Origin: an uncultured Planctomycetota bacterium
GTDB taxonomy: Bacteria; Planctomycetota; Planctomycetia; Pirellulales; Thermoguttaceae
DNA length: 47,875 nucleotides
Assembly: GCA_902766935.1 (NCBI GenBank)
Contig: CACXFR010000197.1
Span: 1-47,875 of the forward strand
Reading direction: 5' to 3'
Shown here: positions 18,540 to 28,169 of the stretch, one piece after another
How the letters are laid out: each line of letters opens with the position of its first letter
Position numbering within the stretch: position 1 is the first letter of the stretch
Notes under the pieces: model-generated
Seen by the model: only the letters and a program-made list of their open reading frames with translations
Told to the model about the DNA's origin: nothing
The model's database searches: none
Position numbers and translations under genes: made by a program

Positions 18540-19970
18540 ATGAATTTGATCAAAATCGCGTTGCGGAGTGTACAGCACCGGAGCCTCGCCTCGGGACTGA
18601 CCGCGCTGTCGATCTCGCTGGGAGTCGCGCTGGTGGTGACCGTCCTGGTGATCAACGGCGTGATCGGCAAAACGTTCCGGCAGGGGGCGCAGGGGTACGA
18701 CCTGATCCTGGGAGCGAAAGGGAGCAAACTTCAGCTGGTTCTGAGTACCGTTTTCTACAACCAGGAGCCTCTTCCGCCGATTCCGTACCGCTACTATACG
18801 CTTCTGAACACAAGCCGCTATTCCGCGGAAGTCGAGGCGGCGATTCCGATCGCGATGGGCGACCGCTACCAGGGGGCGCCGGTGATCGGGACGACCCCCG
18901 ACTACTTCAAGAAGCTGATCCGTCCCGACGGAAAGCCGTACTCCTTCATGCAGGGGGAGTCGTTTAAGAATTCCGACATCTTCGCCGCCGTGGTCGGCTA
19001 TACAACCGCCAAACAGCACCGAATCAAGCTCGGCGATAAAATCCGCTTCGGCCACAACGGCGGTACGCGGGACGACGACCTACACGAAGCGTTCACCGTG
19101 GTCGGGATTCTCGATCATACCGGCAGCCCGAACGACCGCGCCGTCTTCGTCAACCTCGAAGGGTTCTATCAGCAGCACGAAGGGGACGAAGGCCCCCTGA
19201 AGGTTGATTATTCCCTCCTCGAGGCCGAAAAAGACGCCCGGCTTGGCGGTGCCGAAGACGCTCCTGTCGAAGAGACCGAAGCCGACGAAGACGAAACGCC
19301 GCATGAGCGCCGTCTGACCGCCGTTTTGATTGTGACGAAGGAGCAGGACGCCCAGGTCGCCGCGACGATGAGTCAGATCGACCAGATGATGGAGAACCAG
19401 CCGGGCGTCTCGATCGACGAAACGCAGCTCATTTCGAAGCACCAGCGCCGCAAGGTGGTCAATACCGCGGTCACCGCGCTCCAGCCGAAACTCGAAGGAG
19501 AGCTTCTGGAGGCGCAGGCGGTCGCGCCGGTGCAGGAAATCGCGGCGTTCTACCAGGACGTGATCGGAAATATCCAGTATATCCTGATCCTCTTCGCGGT
19601 ACAGGTGATCATCGTGGCGGGGATCGGCATGATGGTCAGCATCTACAACTCGATGAACGAGCGCCGGCAGGAGATCGCCATTATGCGCGCGCTCGGCGCG
19701 CGGCGGGTCACGGTCATGTCGATCATCCTTCTCGAGTCGATTCTCCTTTCGCTGGGAGGGGGGATCCTGGGAGTTCTGATCGGGCACTCCCTGGTCTGGG
19801 GTCTGAGTCCGCTCATTATGGAATACTCGAACGTGATGGTCCGCTTCTGGGACTTCCAGCCGGCCGAACTGATCCTGATTCCCGGTCTGGTCGCGATGGC
19901 GTCGGTCGTCGGGTATCTGCCGGCGGTGATCGCTTACCGAACCGACGTGGCGCAGTCGCTCCAGCCGTAA
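18540..19970 (+). CDS. ABC transporter permease, FtsX/MacB-like with large extracytoplasmic domain
   Basis: An N-terminal TM, then a soluble domain of about 270 aa, then a C-terminal bundle of about three predicted TM helices (IAIMRALGARRVTVMSIILLES...). This is the typical MacB-type topology. It follows the ATPase gene. Confidence 0.8.
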   Translation: MNLIKIALRSVQHRSLASGLTALSISLGVALVVTVLVINGVIGKTFRQGAQGYDLILGAKGSKLQLVLSTVFYNQEPLPPIPYRYYTLLNTSRYSAEVEAAIPIAMGDRYQGAPVIGTTPDYFKKLIRPDGKPYSFMQGESFKNSDIFAAVVGYTTAKQHRIKLGDKIRFGHNGGTRDDDLHEAFTVVGILDHTGSPNDRAVFVNLEGFYQQHEGDEGPLKVDYSLLEAEKDARLGGAEDAPVEETEADEDETPHERRLTAVLIVTKEQDAQVAATMSQIDQMMENQPGVSIDETQLISKHQRRKVVNTAVTALQPKLEGELLEAQAVAPVQEIAAFYQDVIGNIQYILILFAVQVIIVAGIGMMVSIYNSMNERRQEIAIMRALGARRVTVMSIILLESILLSLGGGILGVLIGHSLVWGLSPLIMEYSNVMVRFWDFQPAELILIPGLVAMASVVGYLPAVIAYRTDVAQSLQP

Positions 19971-20023
19971 CGGAAGGAAACGCATTACCACCCGAAATCA
20001 CAACCTGAACGGATCCATCGACA

Positions 20024-20716
20024 ATGGCAAGAACGGAATTCAGCGACGCGCTGCGCGGGGTTTACCGCGACGTTGACGAGGTCAACGGCGACGAGCAGAC
20101 GGTCGATTACAAAGAGGTCAACGCCCTGGCGGTCCTTTCGGTCGTCCTGGCGGTCGTCTCGGGGCTCGGTTTCTTCTTCAAACCGTTTATTCTGCTGGCG
20201 ATCGTCAGCTTCCTTCTGGGCTTTCTCGCCCTGCGGAAAATTCTCCGCGCGCCGGAAGAGTTAAGCGGGATGATCCCCGCCACGCTCGGAATGGGGCTCG
20301 GGATTCTGGTCGGTCTTTCGGCGGCGATCTTCCAGGTTTGGTATTACTATCACAACGCCCCTCCCGGATACGAGGTGGTCGAGTTCGACACGCTCGGGTT
20401 CGACGAGAAGGGGAAAGTCCGCCCCGAGATTCTTGCGCTCGACGGTAAAAAAGTATATATTACGGGCTATATGTACCCGACCGACCGGCATGCCGGGATC
20501 GAGAATTTTCAGCTGGTTCGTCTTCTGGCGCACTGCAAATTCTGCAGTCCCGGCACGAACCCCGCCGATATGATCGCGGTCAACCTCGAAAACGGGATGA
20601 CGGTTTCGTACCGCGCCAACAAGATCGTCGGAGTCGGCGGCATCTTCTACGTCGACCCAAATTTCAAACCGGGAGAGATCCCCTACAGCCTCGAAGCCGA
20701 CGTCTTCCGAAAGTAA
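20024..20716 (+). CDS. Membrane-anchored DUF3299-like protein
   Basis: The N-terminal hydrophobic segments are followed by KKVYITGYMYPTDRHAGIENFQLVRLLAHCKFCSPG, which as I recall it resembles the DUF3299 signature. It sits immediately downstream of the ABC pair. Confidence 0.55.
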   Translation: MARTEFSDALRGVYRDVDEVNGDEQTVDYKEVNALAVLSVVLAVVSGLGFFFKPFILLAIVSFLLGFLALRKILRAPEELSGMIPATLGMGLGILVGLSAAIFQVWYYYHNAPPGYEVVEFDTLGFDEKGKVRPEILALDGKKVYITGYMYPTDRHAGIENFQLVRLLAHCKFCSPGTNPADMIAVNLENGMTVSYRANKIVGVGGIFYVDPNFKPGEIPYSLEADVFRK

Positions 20717-20752
20717 ACAAGCGATTCCCCCGGGGAAAAATTACAGCAGTCT

Positions 20753-21979
20753 ATGTCCGACCAGAAATACATCGCTCGATACAGCGCCATGCGGCTGATG
20801 GGAGTCTTCCAGTTCGAATCGGAAACTGCCCTTTTCCCCGGCGCGCGCGTCATCGTACGCACCTCGCGCGGGCAGGAAGCCGCCACCATTTTGCGCGAGG
20901 CCACCGAAGAGGCGGTCGCCCGCATCCCCTCCCGGCACGAAGAAGGCCCGGTTCTGCGGATCATGACCCCCGACGACGAAATCGAGTGTCGGCGGATCCG
21001 CGCGGCTGAAAAAGACGAGTTTTTCCGCGCCCGCGCGATCATCGACCAGGCCGGTCTGGGGATGAATCTGGTTCGGGTCGAGCACATTTACGGCGGCGAA
21101 AGACTCATCGTTTACTACGTCGCCGAAGGGCGGGTCGATTTCCGCGTTCTGCTCCGTCATCTGGCCGCCGAGTTCCAAACGCGGATTCAGATGTTCCAGA
21201 TCGGCGTCCGCGACGAGACGCGCCTGATGGCCGACGTCGGTGACTGCGGACGCGAGGCCTGCTGCAACACATTCCTCTCCTCGATGCTCTCGGTCAATAT
21301 GAAGATGGCCAAGATCCAAAAGGCGAACCTCGACCCGACGAAAATCTCCGGCCGATGCGGACGACTGAAATGCTGTCTGACGTATGAATACGAGACGTAC
21401 AAAGAGCTGGTGGCGATCCTTCCCGCCATCGGTTCGACGGTCGCCACGCCCGACGGACCGGGCATTGTCATCGGTCAGGAGCTCCTGGCTAAACGCCTTC
21501 AGGTCGAAACGAAGGACGGCGCTCGGAAGTTCTTCACCATAGACGAAATCGAAAAAGCGGCCGCCGGCTCTCTGCCGACGGAAGACCCCGGTCCCTCGTT
21601 CGACGACGACGCCGATTATCCCGGATCGAATCCCCCGGCCGGAACGACGGGCAAAACCTCCTCCGTCCGGCGCGGCGAACGGCGGCGCGGGCCGAAGGGG
21701 CGCCCGCATCGGGGGGAACGTCCCGCCGAAGGCCGCGGCGAATATTCCGGCGGAAGACCGGAAAGCGGCGGCGGGCCGCACAATCCGCCGCATCACGGCG
21801 GCCGCCCGGCCGGCCCGCGCAAGGGCGGGCCTCGGCCGTTCGAAAGGGGCGGTCCTCCCCGTCAGAGCGGCGGTCCGAAGCCCCCCCGGCAGTTTCCTCC
21901 CCCGTCCGATTCCCCCCGCCGGTTCCGACCCGAAAACCGGGACCGCGGTTTCCATCACAAAAGAAGAGAAAGCGAGTAA
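20753..21979 (+). CDS. PSP1 domain protein (RicT/YaaT-like) with G/P/R-rich C-terminal tail
   Basis: The core with KISGRCGRLKCCLTYEYETYKE is the PSP1 C-terminal domain signature. The last ~140 aa are a low-complexity G/P/R tail. Confidence 0.8.
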   Translation: MSDQKYIARYSAMRLMGVFQFESETALFPGARVIVRTSRGQEAATILREATEEAVARIPSRHEEGPVLRIMTPDDEIECRRIRAAEKDEFFRARAIIDQAGLGMNLVRVEHIYGGERLIVYYVAEGRVDFRVLLRHLAAEFQTRIQMFQIGVRDETRLMADVGDCGREACCNTFLSSMLSVNMKMAKIQKANLDPTKISGRCGRLKCCLTYEYETYKELVAILPAIGSTVATPDGPGIVIGQELLAKRLQVETKDGARKFFTIDEIEKAAAGSLPTEDPGPSFDDDADYPGSNPPAGTTGKTSSVRRGERRRGPKGRPHRGERPAEGRGEYSGGRPESGGGPHNPPHHGGRPAGPRKGGPRPFERGGPPRQSGGPKPPRQFPPPSDSPRRFRPENRDRGFHHKRRESE

Positions 21980-21987
21980 ATTTTTCG

Positions 21988-23271
21988 ATGGCCCCCCTCC
22001 GCGATGTCGTTACCGACCTGAAATGGCGCGGTCTTCTGAATCAGGTGACCGACGAATCGATTGATAAGTTCCTCCTCGAAAAGCCGCGTGTTATCTACAC
22101 CGGTTTCGATCCGACCGGCCCGTCGCTCCATGTGGGGCACCTGGTCGCAATCATGAACCTCCGCCGCGCCCAGCGCGCCGGGCATCGTCCGATCGCCCTG
22201 ATCGGGGGCGCCACCGGCATGATCGGCGACCCGAGCGGAAAGAGCGAAGAGCGTCAGCTCCTCACCGCCGAGACGATCGAAAGCAACGTCCGTTCGATCC
22301 GCGCGCAGATGGAAACCTTTCTCGACTTCGACCAGAAGAGCGGAGCGCTCCTTCTGAACAACTTCGAGTGGATGAAAGACTTCTCCTTCCTCGATTTTCT
22401 GCGCGACGTCGGGAAGCATTTTCCGGTCAACGTGATGCTCACGAAAGACTCGGTCAAGAGCCGGCTCGAACGAACCGACAGCGGCCTGAGCTACACTGAG
22501 TTCAGCTACATGCTTCTTCAGTCGTACGACTTTGTGGTGCTGAACAAACGTTACGGCTGCGAGGTTCAGTTCGGCGGGAGCGACCAGTGGGGGAACATCA
22601 CCGCCGGAATCGACCTGGCCCGACGAATGACCGGGGTACAGCTCTACGGTCTGACGAGTAAACTGCTGGTCAAAAGCGACGGCAAAAAGATGGGAAAGAC
22701 CGAATCGGGCGCCGTTTGGCTCGACGCCGAACGAACCAGCCCCTACCACTTCTACCAATACTGGGTCAACGTCGACGACGCCGATATTCCGAACGTCCTG
22801 CGCTTTTTCACCGACCTGACCGAGCCGGAAGTGAACGACCTTTTGGCCGAACACGAAAAGGATCCGGGCAAACGCCTGCCTCAGAAACAGATCGCGGCGG
22901 AACTGACCCGCCTGGTTCACGGCGCGGAAGGACTCGCCGCCGCCGAAAAGGCGACGCAGATATTCTTCGGCGCCGAGGTGTCCGAACTTTCCGACTCCCA
23001 GCTCGGCCCGATCTTCGCCGACGTGCCGAGCGTCGAAATCTCCCGTGCCGAACTCGAAGCCGGACTCCCCCTGGTCGACGCCCTGGTCCGCGCCAAACTG
23101 GCCGGTTCGAAAGGGGACGCGCGCCGAACGGTGCAGCAGGGGGGCGCGTATGTCAACAACCGCCCCGGCGGCGGCCTCGACCGCAGACTGACTCTCGCCG
23201 ACTTGGCGAGCGAAACGATGATCGTCCTGCGCAGCGGCAAAAAACGCTACGCGCTCCTCAAGATGGTCTGA
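21988..23271 (+). CDS. tyrS: Tyrosine--tRNA ligase
   Basis: GFDPTGPSLHVGHL (HIGH motif), GGSDQWGNI, KMGKT (KMSKS variant), and a C-terminal S4-like domain (GSKGDARRTVQQGGAYVNN). Confidence 0.95.
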   Translation: MAPLRDVVTDLKWRGLLNQVTDESIDKFLLEKPRVIYTGFDPTGPSLHVGHLVAIMNLRRAQRAGHRPIALIGGATGMIGDPSGKSEERQLLTAETIESNVRSIRAQMETFLDFDQKSGALLLNNFEWMKDFSFLDFLRDVGKHFPVNVMLTKDSVKSRLERTDSGLSYTEFSYMLLQSYDFVVLNKRYGCEVQFGGSDQWGNITAGIDLARRMTGVQLYGLTSKLLVKSDGKKMGKTESGAVWLDAERTSPYHFYQYWVNVDDADIPNVLRFFTDLTEPEVNDLLAEHEKDPGKRLPQKQIAAELTRLVHGAEGLAAAEKATQIFFGAEVSELSDSQLGPIFADVPSVEISRAELEAGLPLVDALVRAKLAGSKGDARRTVQQGGAYVNNRPGGGLDRRLTLADLASETMIVLRSGKKRYALLKMV

Positions 23272-23297
23272 CCGTTCCGCCGCGTATGACACCTTGC

Positions 23298-23330
23298 GCG
23301 AGGGGGCCTTTCCGCCCCCTCGTTTCGTTT
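23298..23330 (+). terminator. Rho-independent terminator after tyrS
   Basis: gcgaggggg-cctttccg-ccccctcg stem followed by tttcgttt. Confidence 0.7.
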
Positions 23331-23369
23331 CCGCCCGGCGCGCCCTGACGCCTTGAATTCCGCAATTCG

Positions 23370-24887
23370 ATGAAAAAAACGCCCCCCCCGCCGCAAAAGA
23401 CGCGTCTTTCCCATAGCCGCGGCTCCGCCGCGCTTCCCGACCGGCTCGCGCGGGCGGGGGAAATCGGCGTTTCGATCGACCGTCTGGGCGAACTCTACGA
23501 AATCGACCTCTCCCGTCGGAACAAAATCGATAAGAAAGTGCGGGGGCAGTACTTCACCCCCGGCGACGTCGCCGAACTGATGAGCGACTGGTTTCTCCCC
23601 CTGAAAGGGGAGAATCTCTGCGACGTCTGCTGCGGAACGGGAAACCTGATCGTCCCGGTTCTGCGCAAACTCGGCCGGCGGAAGGCGCGCGCGCTCATCG
23701 CCGCCGGGCGTCTCTATCTCTACGACCTGGACGAAACGGCGCTTACGATCTGCCGGGATCTGATCGGCGCTCTTTTCGGGCGCGATATTCAAGACGCGGT
23801 CCGCGCCGTTCCGGGCGATTTCCTTTCGTCGGACGTGCGCCTCCCCGAAAACTGCAAGGTGATTTCGAACCCCCCCTATTCCAAGATCAGGGAGCTTTCG
23901 GGCGCCTGGACCCTCACCGACGCGCTCGTCTCGTCCCGGGAATACTACTCCGCGATTATGGAAAAGATTCTCGATCAGAGCCGCGCTTCGGTCATCATCA
24001 CCCCCTACAGTTTCATCGGGGGGAAGAAGTTCTATCCGCTCCGCCTGGCGATGAACGGCCGGAGCGGTTTTATCGTCTCGTTCGACAACGTCCCGGGAAA
24101 CATCTTCCGCGGAAAGAAACACGGCGTCTTTAACAGCAACACGTCGAATTCGGTCCGCGCGGCGATCACCGTCACCGATGACCGCGAAAAAGCCGCAGGG
24201 TACCGCGTCTCTCCGCTGATCCGTTTCAAAAATGAGGAGCGCGCCGAGCTTTTGACCCCCGCACGTCTCGAGTCGTTTTTGGGGAAAACGCGCCAATCCG
24301 TCACTCCCGACGCGCCGCGGTTTCGAAAATGCTTCCCCGCGCTCGAGGAGATTCTGGACCGATGGCGGCAAAAGGCGGAAGGAGAGACCCTCTCCGACCT
24401 TCTGGCGAAGGGGGGGAAATACGCGCTCTGCGTGCCGAGCACATGCCGCTACTTTTCGGTCGCCTCACGGCGCGATTTACGCCGCGTCGGAAAATACACA
24501 CTCGCTTTCGACGACGCGCAGGCGTGGGGGTTCGCCTACGCGATGATCAACTCCTCGTTCTGCTACTGGCACTGGCGGCTCTACGACGGAGGGATCGCCT
24601 ACCCGATCAGCCTCCTAAAAGAGATGCCGAGCGTCTATCACCGATTAACCCCGGCCGAAAAGCGGACCTTTTTTAAAACCGCCGACGAAATGGCCCGGTC
24701 GGAAGAGAAGTTCCTTTCGTATAAAAAGAACGCCGGCCGCCCGCAGGAAAACATCAAGTTCCCGACGGAGTACCGCGAACGGATCAACCGCCTCGTACTC
24801 CGCGTTCTGGGATTTCCCGGCCGCGGGCCGGACCCGTTCGGCGTGGTTCATTCGAACCGCGCGCTTTCGGCCTCCGAAGGGGAATAA
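23370..24887 (+). CDS. Gamma-class N6-adenine DNA methyltransferase with C-terminal putative target-recognition region
   Basis: GQYFTPGDVAELM (motif X), DVCCGTGNL (motif I, SAM binding) and VISNPPYSKI (motif IV, NPPY) occur in the gamma-class order. About 300 further aa have no motif I recognise. Confidence 0.75.
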   Translation: MKKTPPPPQKTRLSHSRGSAALPDRLARAGEIGVSIDRLGELYEIDLSRRNKIDKKVRGQYFTPGDVAELMSDWFLPLKGENLCDVCCGTGNLIVPVLRKLGRRKARALIAAGRLYLYDLDETALTICRDLIGALFGRDIQDAVRAVPGDFLSSDVRLPENCKVISNPPYSKIRELSGAWTLTDALVSSREYYSAIMEKILDQSRASVIITPYSFIGGKKFYPLRLAMNGRSGFIVSFDNVPGNIFRGKKHGVFNSNTSNSVRAAITVTDDREKAAGYRVSPLIRFKNEERAELLTPARLESFLGKTRQSVTPDAPRFRKCFPALEEILDRWRQKAEGETLSDLLAKGGKYALCVPSTCRYFSVASRRDLRRVGKYTLAFDDAQAWGFAYAMINSSFCYWHWRLYDGGIAYPISLLKEMPSVYHRLTPAEKRTFFKTADEMARSEEKFLSYKKNAGRPQENIKFPTEYRERINRLVLRVLGFPGRGPDPFGVVHSNRALSASEGE

Positions 24888-24901
24888 CCTCGGCACGTCG
24901 A

Positions 24902-24938
24902 CAAAAAAACGAAGGAAAGACCGCCGTCCCTCCTTCGT
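24902..24938 (-). terminator. Terminator for the CE15 esterase gene, possibly bidirectional
   Basis: acgaagga / tccttcgt stem. On the - strand it is followed by T7 (A-run 24902-24908 on +). It lies between convergent genes. Confidence 0.55.
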
Positions 24939-24962
24939 CGTTCTGAAACGGACGCGCTGCGA

Positions 24963-26222
24963 CTAATTCTTTTTCGGAAGATACTCGTCGGCGAAATCGA
25001 GATACTGCGCCCAGTCGTATTCGGAGAGGTTGTGTTTTCCGGTTCGGCGGTGATAGTGGATGACCGCGCCGACCGGGGTATCGACCTCGGGCGGTTCGGC
25101 CGGCGCGCCGCCGATTCCCTCCGTTCCCAGAAGCCGATAGACCGAATCGGCGTTATACGCCGAAAGGTATTCCCCGGTCGGATCGGCCCACAGGTCTTCG
25201 GACGCGCTCGCCACATAGACCGGCCGGGGGGCGATCAGCGCGATCAGCTCGTGCTGGTCGATCGGCAGCTCCTCGGTTCGTCCGACGTACGTTTTGTATT
25301 TCGGACAGAACCAGTGCGGAAAGGTCCGGTTGATCGTTTCGATCGTCTCGCCGAAATTCCGGCGGGTGAGCGCCGCGCCGCCGCATCCGGAATCGTTCGA
25401 GATCACCGCCGCGAAGCGCGGGTCGTTCGCGCCGGCCCAAAGCGAGGTCTTCCCGAGCCGGGAATGACCCACGACCGCTACGCGGGCCGCGTCGATTTCG
25501 GGGATCGTCTCCAAACAGTCGAGCGCGCGGGAAAGCCCCCACGCCCAGGCGGTGATCGTCGCGGCGCGCGACTCTTCGGGAACGTTCTTTTCGAATTCGG
25601 CAAAGAGAGGATGAACACCGTTCTGCCGCTGGTCGTCGAAGTCGGGATCGATATCTTCGTAGTAGGCGGTCGCCAGCGCGTAGCCGCGGTCGATGATCAT
25701 TTCGAACGGATAGCGGTCTTTCTTATAGCCTCGGCGCTCCTCGCCGTTTACGCCGCGCGTGTGGTTCCCTTCCGTGTTGTCGGAAATCGAGATCCAGGGA
25801 TCGGAATCGGTGGTATGGTTCCCCTGGAAGTTCAGAAGGAGAAACGCCGGAACCGGCTTTTCGGCTTTGTTCGGAATGGCGATCAGAAGGTCGAGTTTCG
25901 GTGCAGGATTCGGCGCGTCGAAGTAGATGCGCACCTCTTTAAACGTCGCTTTCCCGTCGAACGCGACCGGATCGGTCCGGAGCGTCTCGAACGCCAGACG
26001 CGAACGGTCGACCCCCGGCATGACGCCGTACATCTCGCGGCCGAACAGTTCGAGAAGTTCCGGCCGACGTTTTGCCGTCCAGTCTTCGGCCGTGGCGACC
26101 GGCGAGCCGTCGCTCATCACCAACGGATCGGGAAGCGTATAGGAGACCACTTCGGCCTCGTCGTAGTTTGGCTCTTGGGCCGCCGCGCAGAAGAAGAACC
26201 CGCGCAGAAGTTTCGTCATCAC
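24963..26222 (-). CDS. Carbohydrate esterase family 15 (4-O-methyl-glucuronoyl methylesterase)-like
   Basis: N-terminal YTLPDPLVMSDGSPV...W...RRPELLELFGREMYG and nucleophile motif VVGHSRLGKT (the bacterial CE15 GxSRxGK). Short signal-like N-terminus. GTG at 26222, or ATG at 26219 as an alternative start. Confidence 0.75.
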   Translation of the reverse strand: MMTKLLRGFFFCAAAQEPNYDEAEVVSYTLPDPLVMSDGSPVATAEDWTAKRRPELLELFGREMYGVMPGVDRSRLAFETLRTDPVAFDGKATFKEVRIYFDAPNPAPKLDLLIAIPNKAEKPVPAFLLLNFQGNHTTDSDPWISISDNTEGNHTRGVNGEERRGYKKDRYPFEMIIDRGYALATAYYEDIDPDFDDQRQNGVHPLFAEFEKNVPEESRAATITAWAWGLSRALDCLETIPEIDAARVAVVGHSRLGKTSLWAGANDPRFAAVISNDSGCGGAALTRRNFGETIETINRTFPHWFCPKYKTYVGRTEELPIDQHELIALIAPRPVYVASASEDLWADPTGEYLSAYNADSVYRLLGTEGIGGAPAEPPEVDTPVGAVIHYHRRTGKHNLSEYDWAQYLDFADEYLPKKN

Positions 26223-26266
26223 TTTCTCCGTATCGATTAAAAGCGTCAGGAAGTCCGCCGCCGCGG

Positions 26267-28090
26267 TCAGAAGAATTCGGCCCCTTCTTCGGGAACAGGG
26301 TCGGCGGCCTCGCCGCTCTTCTGCGCCTCTTCGCGCAGCGGTTTTTCGTTCTTATACGACTCGAGCTCGCTCAGGAACTCGTCGATCCGTTCATCCTTTT
26401 CCTTTTCGGCGAGCTCCACTCCCATTTGGGCGTACTTGCGTGCGTTTTCGAAATCGCCCGTCTCGGCATACGCCGCGGCGAGAGTGCTCAGAATGTACGA
26501 TTCCCGGTAGTTCGTCGCCTCGGCGGCGCGGGTGGCCAAATCGAGCGCCTTGGCGCCGTCGCGCGAGGCATCTTCGGGGCAGGTCGCCAAAAGCCAGGCG
26601 TAGTTGTTCAGCGAGCCGCTGTCCCCGGGATGGGCGGCGAGAATCTTTTCGTAGACCGCGGCGGCGTCCTGCCAACGGCCGTACAGCAGATAAATGTCGG
26701 CCTTCCCGCGCAGGAGGGGAAGCGAATCCGGATGTGTTTCAAGGAGGAGGTCGATCTTCGCCATCCCGGAGGTAAAATCGTCGTTCTGCGCCATCGTGTA
26801 CGCCAGCTGAGACGTGATTCCCTCGTCGTCGGGGTCCTGGCGGCGGATTTTTTCCAAAAGAGGCACCGCGTCGCCGTACCGCTCCTGCTGAATGTAGATC
26901 AGCGCCTTGAGCCGAAGCGCTTCGGGAAAACTCGGATTCATTCCGATCGCGCGGTTCACGTCTTTGAGCGCGTCGGCATACTCCTTCTTTTGGAGCCGGG
27001 CCGCGGCGCGCAGATAGAAGATCGTCGGCAGCGGCATCTCTTCGATCAGGCGGGTATAAAGCTCGATCGCCTCGTCATACGCGCCGATCGAGGCCAGGAA
27101 CTGCCCCCGTTCGAGACGGGTGATCAGCGAGTTGTCTTCGGCGGACTCCGCCTCGTTGTAAAGCAGAAGCGCCTCGTCTTTTCGATCCAGCGCGGCGAGA
27201 ATCGTCGCCTTGGTCTTTTTGTAGCGCGGGTTTCCCTCGTCGAGCTCCAAGGCCTTGTCGATCGACTCGAGCGCTTTTTCTTCCTGGTGCATTTCGACGC
27301 AGCAAAGAGCCAGCAGATTGAGCAGCTCGGGGTTTTCCGGTTCCAACGCGACGGCGTCCTGCAGGTACGCGAGCGTCTTTTCGACGTCGTCTTCGGTCAG
27401 CGCGCGGTATTTGAGCGCGGCGGCGTAGATGTCGGGACTCGAGTCGCGCGACAATTCAATGGCGGCGTCGAGCGCCTCGCGCGCCTTTTCGCGGTTTCCG
27501 TCCGGAAGCATCTGAAGTCGGCCGATCGCCAGTTGGGCCAGCGGCAGATCGGAGAACTCTTCCGCCGACGACTCGAGATCTTCGAGCGCCATCGACCGGA
27601 TCACCGGCCAGCCGTTCGGGTATCGGTCGACCGAAATCGTATCGTCCATAAAGATTTTCGAAAGCGCCAGTCCCCGTTCGAGCCGGGACGAAAGGCGCAG
27701 CTGCCGACAGTACTCGAGGCTTTCCCCTTCGAGGCCTTTCTTTTCGGCCTCGTCGCAGTAGGCGATCACTTTGGTCAGGTCGAGAATCGACGCGGCCGAA
27801 AGTTTAACCTCGGTCGCCAGGTTCAGCAGATCGTCGGCGCTGTTCTCCTGCACCGCGTTTTCGATCTCTTTCGCCACCTCGTCGCTGGCCGCCCGTTCGG
27901 GATCGCCGATTTCGTCCTCGCCGTCGGCGGACTCTTCCCCTTCGGGAGCATCCTCGTCGGGCGCGGTCTGAGGTTCGGAGAGTTCCGGCGGATCGGCGGA
28001 AGCAGGATTCCCGGCGCCGTACAGACGGAACGCCGGGGCCGGCGCGAAGAGCAGCGCCGCGAAAAGCGCGATACAGATAGTCCGTTTCAT
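26267..28090 (-). CDS. Secreted TPR-repeat protein
   Basis: Start trimmed to MKRTICIALFAALLFAPAPA (ATG 28090, GGAGG RBS), because the track's 28222 start overlaps rpiB. TPR-like repeats run throughout, e.g. AIGMNPSFPEALRLKALIYIQQERYGDAVPLLEK. Confidence 0.75.
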   Translation of the reverse strand: MKRTICIALFAALLFAPAPAFRLYGAGNPASADPPELSEPQTAPDEDAPEGEESADGEDEIGDPERAASDEVAKEIENAVQENSADDLLNLATEVKLSAASILDLTKVIAYCDEAEKKGLEGESLEYCRQLRLSSRLERGLALSKIFMDDTISVDRYPNGWPVIRSMALEDLESSAEEFSDLPLAQLAIGRLQMLPDGNREKAREALDAAIELSRDSSPDIYAAALKYRALTEDDVEKTLAYLQDAVALEPENPELLNLLALCCVEMHQEEKALESIDKALELDEGNPRYKKTKATILAALDRKDEALLLYNEAESAEDNSLITRLERGQFLASIGAYDEAIELYTRLIEEMPLPTIFYLRAAARLQKKEYADALKDVNRAIGMNPSFPEALRLKALIYIQQERYGDAVPLLEKIRRQDPDDEGITSQLAYTMAQNDDFTSGMAKIDLLLETHPDSLPLLRGKADIYLLYGRWQDAAAVYEKILAAHPGDSGSLNNYAWLLATCPEDASRDGAKALDLATRAAEATNYRESYILSTLAAAYAETGDFENARKYAQMGVELAEKEKDERIDEFLSELESYKNEKPLREEAQKSGEAADPVPEEGAEFF

Positions 28091-28110
28091 GGTGTCATCC
28101 TCCGTTGAAT

Positions 28111-28144
28111 AAAAAGAAAGAGCGCCGTTCAACCGACTGCGCTC
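28111..28144 (-). terminator. Possible terminator/attenuator after rpiB
   Basis: - strand gagcgc-N13-gcgctc followed by tttctttttatt. The stem is only 6 bp and it lies only ~20 nt before the next RBS. Confidence 0.35.
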
Positions 28145-28169
28145 CCGCCGTCTCTGTCGGCAACTTGTA

